In this document: positions 50,941-64,000 of the stretch, in pieces
How positions within the stretch are numbered: the first letter of the stretch is position 1
Layout: every line of letters begins with the position of its first letter
Assembly: GCF_006345805.1 (NCBI RefSeq)
Contig: NC_043000.1
Location: 66,650,001-66,714,000, forward strand
Direction: 5' to 3'
Length of the DNA: 64,000 bases
From: Octopus sinensis
Taxonomy: Eukaryota
The notes under the pieces: generated by a model
Database searches by the model: none
What the model was told of the DNA's origin: nothing
The model's input: the letters and a program-made list of their open reading frames with translations, nothing else
Translations under genes and position numbers: made by a program

Positions 50941-53934
50941 AATCTCGTATCAGTTTTATACGCCCACTGCCCGAGTTGTTACATTTATTTGCTATTTTGT
51001 TTTGTCAGTTCTTATTATTACTATCTTCGCAGAGGCACCAGTGTTGTCTAAAATATACTTTTGGTAATTCGAAGGAGGTAAGTGTGAGAGTCAACTGAGT
51101 TCACACTCTCTCAGTATAGCATATGTCTCTCAATTACCAAATATAGTATGATTTATTGATGCGGCAGGTTATGGTTTCATTTTCTCTTTCTTTCTTTCTC
51201 TACTTTATTTTCATTTCTTCCGTGTTATTTTCTTTTGTTTGGTTATTGTTGCTGTTTCATTCCAAATCAGCCCTGATTAAACAGACCCATCCTGTATTTC
51301 TCTTATGTACAAGGAACCCAGGATCCCATTATCTAACCTGTTTTTCTTAGACGGTAGGATGTAATTTGAAGTTTATTTCTAGCAAGTAGAGATACCATGT
51401 AGCGGTTGTCTTGTTGGTTCGTACTTGGTCTCAGATAGGGTCGAGAGACTTAGTTGACTTGGTGTTACTACAATATCATTTTACCTTTCATATTTCAAGT
51501 CAACGAGGCAGCCTTTACATAACCGTTCAACTTACTAGAAATAGCAACCAAATCTTCAAATTACTCATTACTATCTTGAATTGTGATACCTGAAGTATTG
51601 TTCTATCATTTTCTGTTTTGGTAACAGCTTTGTCTCCCTCTTGTTCTCCCGTTAGCAATAGCTAAAACTCACTTTTCTGTCTACCTCTGGTAGAATCATG
51701 AAAGCGTCGTATAACATGTTTTGTGGTGTTTAGTAACGGTTCTTGACGTTCTGGGTTTAAATCCCACCAAAGTCCACTTCCCCTTTCATCGTTCTCGTAA
51801 TGATAAAAGTAAGTACTTGTACTAAGGAGTCGATAAAATCGACTACCCCCTACCCACCAAATATATGGTTTTGTGTCCACAGCAGGCCTCTTTATTCCTT
51901 CTATTCGCCTACATAGCCGATGATAAATAGATAAAAACGTACTCGCATGACTTTCTGATAACTTATTACAATATTTCAAAGTTTTATAAATATTATATAT
52001 AACTGCAATTCCTTCAGTTCAGAAAGAAAAAAAATCTTTAATTTCTTACAGAGGGGCCTAGTTACTGAGAGAAGAGCTTTAGTAAGGACTTAGATAAAAC
52101 AAACTATGCATGTACAATTACCTATGTATCACCAGTTATCTATCATAGTCTGGATTATATAAACTAAGATGTTTACGAGTTGCTTATGATTTATAGTAAA
52201 AGTATGAGAAATAATTTGGAATTTAAACCCTCTTCCTATAAATATAGATGGAATTTAGATAGCTTGGAAGCAAGATAGCGATGTAAGGCAAAAGAAAAGC
52301 TTAAATTGGAGATTAGGACCCTAATTTTCTTGTAAAACGTTTCAAAAGTCACATGCACAGTCATAAGTTCTAGCTGATTACAAATAAGTAAACAGACTTC
52401 CACACACATAAGCATACAAAAATATATAAGTGATTAGATTTCAGACGTGACCTATATTTTTAATATTTATGGAAGGGTATAAGGAAGGTCAATATATATT
52501 GTGCTATCTTTAAAAAATATGTCAAAGTTCAAAGTATTCGATTCAATAATAATGTATATAACTTATGGCTGTAATAAATTCCCCTTGAATTCCTTTTTAT
52601 TTATCAAACATTTCTCACTATTTTATTTCTAATTTGAGTCATCAGTCATGTCATTGCAACCAAATTTGTAACTAAGGAGAATATAGGAAGAATATTTCTG
52701 TAAGTGCAGCCCATCCTACACATCTTCCCAATACTCTAGATTTTTACATATCTTGTTCCGCACTGAGATACAGATGTCTCACCATCTATCTTCAACTTAT
52801 CTCCGCTGTCCTCTCGACTCTCTGTATTCTAACATTTTTGGGAGTGAAATTTAGCGTCTAGACATGCACAGAATCAAATCTCCCTACCACTCTGCAATAC
52901 ATATTTCTGCAATACATATTTCTAGTTACTTTGGCTCACATATACTCTCTTATTCAAAGTCTCTTGTCACTTCCATTCTCTTCACAAGCGTTTGTTTGAC
53001 TTATCTCCCGTTCTGCAACGAGAATATCTATTTCACGTCACCTCTCTCTGAAAACATAATCCCAGGTATACTCTGCACAGTAATTCCATCTACGAACTCT
53101 TTGTTGATTAACGGAAAAATGATTAATTCTGCTTCGATCAATTATTAAAGGAACATTCCCTTTATGTAAGACAGGAGTATCAAATTGACATCTTATAATC
53201 CTCATGAAGTATGCAGAATTTGTTCAAGCAATTTCTGTTTTGAGTTGTTGGGTGGTGGACTTAATCCATCTACCGGTTTAACGCCACCACTTGGTTGTTG
53301 GGTTCTTTAAGGTGGGTCCTCTCTGTTGCAAGCTGGTTTAAGGATGTTTTTCTCCCTTTTCACGGGTCTCAGACTATCTGGAAAATAAAGGATAAAGAAA
53401 GCTGTTTCTTTTCCTTTTCCCTTGACTAAACGGTAACCACCCTCAGTTATCCACTAAAAGTTTATTTTACTTTAACATGCAGTCTCAGATCATGTCACTT
53501 TACCAATTTTTATTGTATGTTAGTGTTATTTAGACATTATAATCTGTCCATTATTATTGTGCCATAGTGTGATTAGACATAATAACCTTGTCCTAGAACC
53601 TAACCAATTGTCTGCTAAAGTTGCTATTGTTATTACTTGATCCCAGGTCAATCTTGATCAAGTGACATTTGACTGATATTCCAAGTAGGTCGAGACCACG
53701 TTGAAGATCGTTCTGTCGTATTGCAAACTCTTGAAAGTCTGAAAGAAGGGAATAGCGATTGTAACGTGTATCCAATTGTCAGAGTGAAATGATTCTAGTG
53801 GTTGATATGAAAGATTTTATCTAGAAATCGGAAAAGAGTTGCGCTCTCAATACATTTGTAGTTTACTTATTGTCTACTTATCTACAAAACTTGTTAAATT
53901 AGCTATAAACAGATGTGGTCATTTGAATATCTTT

Positions 53935-54165
53935 TATCTTTTACTTGTCTCAGCGATTAGATTGCAGCCATGCTGGGACATCGCCTTGAAGAATTTTCAG
54001 TCGTATGAATAGACCCGAGTACTTTTTTTAGGCCTGGTACTTATTCTATCGATCACTTTTGGCAAACTGCTTAGTTACTGGGACGTAAACACAGCAACAC
54101 TGGTTGTCAAGCGGTGGTGGACAAACAGACAAAAACACACCACACACACACACACACCACACACA

Positions 54166-54213
<48 letters not shown>

Positions 54214-54402
54214 CTCTCTCTCTCTCTCTGTCACACACACGATGGGTTTCTTTCAGTTTCCGTCCACCAAATCCACTCACAAGACTTTGGTCGGCCCGAT
54301 GCTATAGTAGAAGACACTTGCCCAAGGTGCCAAGCAATGAGACTGAACCCGGAACCATGTGGTTGGGAAGCAAGCTTCTTACCACATAGCTACGCCTGTG
54401 CC
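53935..54402 (-). mobile_element. SINE family A, full length, internal (CA)/(CT) repeat
   Basis: Reverse complement of the complete family A sequence. Confidence 0.88.
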
Positions 54403-54669
54403 TTTATGTAAAATTGAATTTGGAGTATATTCAAAATTTTGATATATATTTAATAAAACTAACATGAAATGTACCTAGGCACATAAGTCCATAAGCCCAC
54501 ACAAACACCCACTCACACAAATACAAGTTCACATACATAAATATGTACATGCGTGCAACATTATTTTAAAGATGCATGAAATGTCACCAACATCAATCAG
54601 CGAGGAACGTGAATGGACGAAATTTTAGATTATAGAAGGCAACGGTTCAAATCTTTGTATTCTTGTGTG

Positions 54670-54717
<48 letters not shown>

Positions 54718-56505
54718 GTGTGTGTGTGTGTGGTGTGTGTGTGTGTGAGTATGTGTGAATGCGCGCGCGAGAGTGTGTGTGTATGTTTTCATAGTACGAG
54801 CACAGTAATGAACGTTGCCTCCGCATCGTTCAGTTATAAAAACATTCCCCTTCAGATGTATAGATATTTATAAAATCCTCTGCAATTTTATATAATTTTA
54901 TAATTATTTACGCTCAAGTATCATCACATTTAAAGTTCACTATTGATTCTTTCAACTAGAATCAACAAAAAGAGGGTGTATTTTGGGTTGACTTGTCTAA
55001 ACAAGACATATTTGAAATTTTAGGCTGTTATTATCTAAACCTATTGTAGTGAATCGAGGACAAATCTAACAAGTCATGTGTTAAATTGAATGTCTATTGC
55101 TTTATGGAACCAAAGTACGTGACACGAAATGTTATGTACGTCAGTACAGTAACTCTCATAAAAGGTTAAACACTCTGGTTAATATGATCACCTGACCCTT
55201 GGTACCTTTAACTGAGCTTATTCTATAGCGAGCATTCTGACCAGACCTCGACACTAAAGATAGCTTCCCTCCTTCATTGCTGTCGTGGAAGCCCTGAAAA
55301 ATATTATTTGCTAAACCATTTGTAATAAATAAATAAATAAAAGGAAAAAGTCATATTAACTGATCCCAAATCTCCTCGCATTATATTATAAGGAATGTAA
55401 ACGAAAACCAGTCTATCAACTAAATGTGGATTACAGTGTTGCATCATAATATCTAATTTTTGGTGGTCGAGGTCAAGTTAGACATGTCCATGATTTTATT
55501 TGCGCAAAAATCACCTTTTTCTTTTTGTTTTTCCGTTTCAACAACCAAAGTGATGAACCCTATCAACCACACCTAATTTTTAACTGACTGAATTCTTAGA
55601 ATTTTGTACCTCTACAGAAGTGCATCTTTTGAACTGTTCAAGTAGCATCAAACTGCCTTAACAATGCCTGTAAGCAGCATGGAGAGGGAGGGACGAGCGC
55701 ACCTTTTCCATTCTACAGATGATTAAGGTATGTCTGTGGACTTTCAGGATGGACAACTAGTAGAACATTTTATGACAATTGTTGTATTTTGTTACTGTAA
55801 CAAAAGCCGTCATCTTTCATATCTCATTCTTTTTGTTTATTCTCATATTGCAAATACATTGTGCATCGGCTTTAAATATGATTTATTATATTAAAAAATT
55901 CCATGTTATTACTTATGTAAAAATCTTTGCAAATCCCATCATCACATGTTTTGCGAACATTAAGATTTATTTTAATTAAACAAGCTTATTATGAGCAAAT
56001 TTTTAGTGTTCACATATCTAATTCTATTCCAACCATTGTCTGCCATGTTTTTTTTTAGTTATGTGCGGGATTAGTGCCCCTATATTAAATTTTCATATTT
56101 GTATGGAAATTACTGAAGTCGGCGAGAACTTACATAACGAAATTATTATGGACCTTAGCACGTCACCTATCATGTTTTCTGATCGCCGATAACACAATGT
56201 CCTACTCATTTCAATCTCGACAAAAAAATTTTTAAAGAATATGTTTAAAATGTAAGTATTGTATCTGGCTTAAATATTTTATTTCTAAGAAATACAACCG
56301 CTCTATACACTAAGCGCTCCCCGTAGCACCCCTTTGTGTGGTCATTCACAAAGGGACGCTACCTCTTGAATTAAGAACCACTGATTTAGACCATTTAATC
56401 CATAGGCCAAACACTATTGACTTAAAGGAGTATCTAATACCAGCACTTTCCTTCAAACCGAAAACTAACGGGTTAAATGTGCTACAAAAACAAATTTTAT
56501 ATAAT

Positions 56506-56665
56506 AGGTACAAGCGTGGTTGTGTGGTAAGAAGCTTGCTTCCAAACAACATAGCTCCGGGTTCAATCCCACTACGCGGCACTTCTGGCAAGTGTCTTCT
56601 ACCATAGCCTCGGGCTGACCAAAGCTTTGAGTGAATTTGGTTGACAGAAACTAAAAGAAGCCCGT

Positions 56666-56715
<50 letters not shown>

Positions 56716-56937
56716 CGTATGTGTCTTTGTGTCTGTTCCCCACCACCGCTTGACCACCGATGTTATTGTGTTTACGTCCCTTCAACTTAGAAGTTCGACA
56801 AAAGGGAACGATACTCTAAGTACCAGGTTTAAAAAATTTTTAATTTGATACTGGGGCCAATTCATTCGGCTAAAAATTATTCAAGCCGATGCCACAGCAT
56901 GGCTGCAGTCTAATGACTGAAACAAGTAAAGAAAAAA
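56506..56937 (+). mobile_element. SINE family A, full length, internal (CA)n
   Basis: GTGGTAAGAAGCTTGCTTCC...GGTTCAATCCC...GACTGAAACAAGTAAAG. Confidence 0.88.
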
Positions 56938-57829
56938 GTACTTGAAACTTGTAATATAGTAGAATATAATACCAAACTGGATTGACACTAAGGAGTTACG
57001 TGAACCAGAAGAAAACATTATGTCTATCATATCTAAGCAATACTGAGTTAGTTCAGGCACAAATTATTAAGAAGAAAATATTAGACGCGTTAAATTATTG
57101 TTGTTATTGTTATTTAACTTTCTCAGCCTTGATCGAGTAAATTTATGACCAAATGTGTTTTAATCGTTGCTATCCTGACTTTTGCAGTTACAGAAGAGGA
57201 TTATCCAATATGTGTCTCTCCTTAATGTAAAATTGGCAGGATACGATTTGAGAAAGATTTAACTGCTATTTCTAGTACATAGCCGTACTATGTAGAAGTT
57301 TTCTCATAGGTCGAGAAAATAAATTTCCAGCAATGATGTCATAGGATAAATACTAGCAGAGACACCTGCTGTTGCTCAGGATTATACGGGAAAGTGAAGC
57401 ATTAACGACAAAACATTTGTGGAGTAAATGATGGGCTAATTCGACTAAGTGACATGTCATGCGTCCGTTTGGAAAAATTCAGGCTCTAACCTGTCATGGA
57501 AAATTAGTGTTGGCGGGTAAGTGAATTTTGAACGCACCGAAAAGCTGTCAGTGGATATATTCTCTTTTGCGGCGGTCGGTGCTGCATCTAGCACGACCCA
57601 TCGTATGGTTGACAGCCGAACGAATGTAGGTGTAATGGAGATATTGTACGTAAATGGGTACAATCCGCAAATGGGCTACAATGGGAGACGGCAACGAGGA
57701 AGTGAACTGTTGAAATGTTGCAAAAGGCGAAGGGTTGGCATTAGATTGCTGGTGTAGCTGTGGAATAAGAAACATAAACTGAGCCACACACACACTCACA
57801 AGCACATACACATTCATATGCAAAATGCA

Positions 57830-59640
<1,811 letters not shown>

Positions 59641-59753
59641 ATAGATTAGAAACTTCGCCTTGAACTACGTTACGCCATAATTGTTTTGAAACATTATATA
59701 ACAACACTCTTGCAAAGTCAACCTGCTGTAAAAGAATTTTGTATTCTGTTCAC

Positions 59754-59814
59754 CTTCGATGATAAATAGGTAACAAATTCCTAAATACTGTTGTTATAGA
59801 AACATCGGTGTAAC
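59754..59814 (-). CDS. Candidate internal exon (phase 1-2, 61 nt)
   Basis: aatatcag acceptor, (G)YTDVSITTVFRNLLPIYHR, AAG|gtgaac donor; phase fits both the 63172 and 38539 candidates. Confidence 0.25.
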
Positions 59815-60026
59815 CTGATATTATGAACCAATGCTTCACATAAAACATTGCTAAAATATGCTCCCAGAAAAAAAAACTGCAATAATAAAGTAAATGGACT
59901 GATTGAAAGGTAATCAGATGATTTTGATGTGAACGCTTGAGGAACGCAACGATTTTAAAACTACTTTTTAGCTTTCTAAGCGGGAGGTTAAAAGGTTGAT
60001 TTCACTGCTATTTGAATGTATGTCAT

Positions 60027-60125
60027 TATTCAGTTTATTTTAAGATTTCTTGCCAATAGAGACAGAAACGGTTTCTAACCTAGATCCAAGACTCCTTCAG
60101 TGGAATTTCAACATCAACAACGGAG
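60027..60125 (+). repeat. Dispersed repeat family F followed by (ATGT)n (second copy 63820-63912)
   Basis: TTATTCAGTTT...GCCAATAGAGA...TTTCTA.CCTAGATCCAAG..TCCTTCA.T.GAATTTC.ACATCAACAAC in both. Confidence 0.8.
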
Positions 60126-62279
60126 TATTTTTGTTTGTTTGTATGTATTTATGTATGTGCAGATTTGTATGTTTTATGTATGCATTCTCATGCATACGGA
60201 CGTAGTATGCATGCATGTATGTATGTATGTACGTACGTATGTATGTATGTATGTATGTATGTATGTATGTATGTATGTATGTATGTATGTTTGTATGTAT
60301 GTATGTGCAAATTTGTATGTTTTATGTATGTATTCTCATGCATATAGTTGCATATCTGGACATGCTCATATATATTTAAATGACAAACCTCCGGAAAGTT
60401 TTACAGATTTGTTGGTAGAGCAATAAAAGAGATTCTAAAAAGATTGAAACTAAGGACATAAATTACAATTTTCTCTTTTATATTTTTAATGCTGTTATAA
60501 GCTAGTTCCTTCTAAATAAAGGTTCCACTATTTTAAAACCAAGTACCAGAGACCACCTCCGGTACTATGATTAAAGAAATCCTACCAGTTTTAAAGTGTA
60601 GTTATTCAATTTAAACCTTCAAATATAGTTTGTGTAAAAAAATTCCATTATATTACAAACAAGCTTAATTCGGAATGAATACATAAATTGGTTATTTAGC
60701 TAATTACAACTGAATTCTTGATTATTTCAAATTAATAGAAATACATAGGAAGTATGACTACGGAAAGTTTAAAACATAATTTGAGGGAGACTTGGCTGCT
60801 GTTTCTAGTAGGCTGAATGACCACATAAAAGCTCTTTTACTGGTTCAGGAAGGAACAATTATGCACTAGGTGAACAAAAAAAAAATGTTTTCAAAATTGC
60901 AGAGGTGAACTACTAATACAAGGGAATGCAACATTTAAATAACCTGGATATGGGTGTTATTTCACAAGACAAATATGAAATGCTTATGTAGCGATCCAAG
61001 AAAGTCAGAAAATACTGACTCGATTAAAAAATACTACTACATGAATGTGCAGTCGGCGGATATGTCCCTCCATGCTATCAGAGTGTCTGAGTAACTAGAA
61101 CTTCCATGTCGTAAATCATTGAAATCAAGATATAATTTGGTTAAGTGAGATATTCAGGAAATTCGGTACAATTGTCCTTCTACGACTTACGTTGTTATAA
61201 ATTATTATTATAATATTTTTGGAGTGGAAATAGAAATTAGGAAAGTAAGAAAGTTTTGGCAGTCGGATATTGACAAGAGGAGTTAAAATTTTTCAGGAAA
61301 TTCCACATTGACATGTTCCAAAGAACTATGAATGTTGACCATGACATATAAAATACACCATGTAATTCAACAGTACGAAATGCTCAGACACGCGCGCACA
61401 CACACACGCGCGCACACACACGCGCGCACACACACACACGCACGCTCACGCACACACACACACACACAGCGTTGTAAGTTTTAACGGTTCATGAACATCG
61501 AGTCCCCGATGTACAAGCAAGTGAAGAAAATGAAATTTTACATTGTTTTCATATATTAATAATCAAAATAGACTTTTACTCTGTTAATCTAATTTATGTA
61601 AAATAAAATAAAAAAGAAAAAGAAAAAAAGAACCGTACATTCATTGAAAGTGTATTGAAACCGTAACATACTGGAGAGTGGTGATGGAGAAATTTGATTA
61701 TTTAAAAGATAATAACTTTGAATATAGTTCCAAATCTGTAGGATAATTATGATTCAATTAGCTACCATCTTCAATGTGAAATTATGTTAGTCATTTAAAA
61801 CATTAATTAGAGACAGGAAAAAAGAAGGAATAGGCATACACACATAACTCGAGTCATATGTCTACCACGTGGCGAACTACCAATTGCAGTACAGAGTACC
61901 TGTTAGACCAAGCTCTGTCTAAAACTGGGCTCTTAACTTTTAGGTTATTCTGTCAAATGTAATGCTTATTTACTTACATGTAATGTAATGCTTATTTTCC
62001 TACTTGTTTTGAATTAACCATGCATTATCTTATAGGTTCAAGATTTCATTTATGTATTTGTTTTATTATTAGAAAGATATTGTAGGGCAGGTATGAGAGG
62101 CCAAATCTAGTTAGTTTCAGCACCAAACAGGGAAAATATTATGGTCAGATATGACCAGTTTAAATACTAAAGGGTTAAATCTATTTTTGAAGTTTTTGTT
62201 TGGCCATTCGTTTTTATCTCTACAAGATAGTATCTAATATCATCGTAGAACGATCCCTTTTGGCAGCATTTTATGAAGT

Positions 62280-62680
62280 CGATCGTAGCTGTGTGGTAAG
62301 AAGCCTGCTTCTCAACCACATGGTTCCGGTTTCAGTCCCGCTGCGTGGCACCTTGGGCAAGTGTCTTCTACTATAGCCTCGGGGCCGTCCAAAGCCCCAT
62401 GAGTGGATTTGGTTGACGGAAACTGAAAGAAACCCGTCATATGTGTGCGTGTGTGTGTGTCTTTGTGTCTGTATTTTTCCACCCCTAAAGCGTTTGACAA
62501 CCGATGTTGTTGCGTTTACGTCCCTGTAATTTAGCGGTTCGGCAAAAAAGACTAATAGCATAAGTGCCAGGCTTAACTAAGAAATAAGTACTGGGATCGA
62601 TTCCTTCGACTAAAAATTCTTCAAGGCGGTGCCCCAGCATGACTGCAGTCTGATGAGTGAAACAAGTAAAAGATAAAAGA
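62280..62680 (+). mobile_element. SINE family A, full length
   Basis: Complete head, CORE-like block and 3' half. Confidence 0.88.
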
Positions 62681-63171
62681 TAAAATATAGTAATCAGCAA
62701 ATATGGCTATACAGACTGTTTATGCATGATGCTTCTATTTCAAAAGGCACATATTTGCAATCTAATTAGTTAATTAAAGAAACAATGATGTCAATTAAAT
62801 CAACAATCTGTTGCTACAAATCTGTTGCATTATATTCCTTACAAATACCAACCAGATACTAAATCAAGCTCTGAACCAACAGACTTATCAAATGCGTTTC
62901 AGTTATGACTATCCTATATGTAGGACTATACTGACCAATGCGGCGCTCGTACTTTTTAATTTTTTTTATTTTATAGACAACAACGTGTGGCTTGTTTAGG
63001 CAACGTGTCAGTCTAATTAAATAATAACAGATGCTGGTTCTTGGTGAGTTTAATAGTTTAAAGCAGTAGCCCTAAACAGTAAAATCCACAAACTGTATAA
63101 CTAAAATAATGATTGAAACCGAGATTGAAATTGTCTGAAACCACAAAACTACAATCTTCTCGAGAACTCAC

Positions 63172-63271
63172 CTTGCACATGTATTTCCTGAAACTGTCGA
63201 TTCTTAATTGTTCGAATGTTATCTACGTCGATTTCACTGATTTCAAACGACAAGCGAAGTCCATGCGGCAT
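63172..63271 (-). CDS. Candidate first coding segment of an unidentified minus-strand host gene
   Basis: ATG to a consensus donor CAAG|gtgagt, open: MPHGLRLSFEISEIDVDNIRTIKNRQFQEIHVQ; CpG-richer surroundings; possible upstream 93-nt intron 63430-63522. Confidence 0.3.
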
Positions 63272-64000
63272 CCATCTTTATTCATATCTATCAGCGCAGT
63301 TAAAATTCGTGCCAGCGCGACTTAAGTTTCTCCTTACATACGATAAACGATAAAATATGCATCAAAATACTCCATCCCCATCAGTTCTGTCCGAAGTGAA
63401 CCACTCCTCGGCCACTTTGGTTTACGCTTCTGTTCAAGCCAAAAATAACAACAACAAAAGGACAAGCGGAAGGCAGAAGTAACTATAAACAATAATAAGC
63501 AACCATACGTAACAAACCGTACCTAAAGTAAACGAGTAAGAGAATGTAATTTAATAATGGGAAACCTAAAACTTATATAGGTAGGATTTGCATTTATGAA
63601 GATTTGTACCATTTGCACTAACGTTAAGATCTGGAAAATGTTTAACATAAGCGATCAGTCCTCATCCGATTTTTAGATTTTAAATTATAAAGCATGGTCT
63701 CTTAACCAAACAACAGTTAATGCTGTATAAATGTGCACGGACGTTCCTTTGAACAGGTAACCTTTGGAGTTTGTATGAATCTATGCATATATGTATGCAT
63801 TTATGCATGCATATATGTCCTTATTCAGTTTTATTTCGTGCCAATAGAGAAAGGGCTCGTTTCTAGCCTAGATCCAAGGTTCCTTCATTCGAATTTCGAC
63901 ATCAACAACAATGTATGTATGTATGTATGTATGTATGTATGTATGTATGTATGTATGCATGTATGTATGTATGTATGTATGTATGTATGTATGTATGTAT

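Noticed and set aside
52700-53830. Possible RTE endonuclease and PLE remnants (also about 57640-57760 and 2200-2450)
   Set aside because: Only weak, short motif resemblance; cannot be supported without alignment.
55618-55735. Plus-strand splice-like signals around a 9-nt ATGATTAAG micro-exon
   Set aside because: Neighbouring exon is closed in all frames; no support.
61040-61155. Minus-strand LTKLYLDFNDL, a perfect LRR pattern
   Set aside because: Single motif right after an in-frame stop, no acceptor; likely chance.
62160-62180. piggyBac-like end (CTAAAGGG|TTAA)
   Set aside because: No partner TIR or transposase found.

Overview
AT-rich, microsatellite-dense eukaryotic DNA, almost entirely intronic/intergenic. 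The SINE families and repeat landscape suggest an octopus (inference, not checked by search). No intact host gene can be demonstrated; only low-confidence candidate exons were found. Most ORFs in the track are microsatellite translations or antisense readings. Recognisable content: DNA transposons (maT/DD37D-like, mariner, full-length Tigger/pogo, a pogo MITE, hAT fragments); non-LTR retroelements (four RLE-type R4/Dong-like fragments, RTE, and a Tx1 ending in a TC repeat); at least five SINE-like families; and many Penelope-like elements (PLEs). The standout region is 42.7-50.1 kb, a pile-up of PLE segments separated by (TA)n tracts. It holds three head-to-head inverted PLE structures (about 0.16, 0.28 and 4.5 kb). 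The largest has a young RT + C-terminal GIY-YIG ORF broken by one in-frame TGA just before the YRDD motif, an Asn-rich linker, and a canonical-core type I hammerhead ribozyme in each arm. About eight hammerhead-like motifs from about six PLE families, several with variant cores, can be folded by eye in this window.
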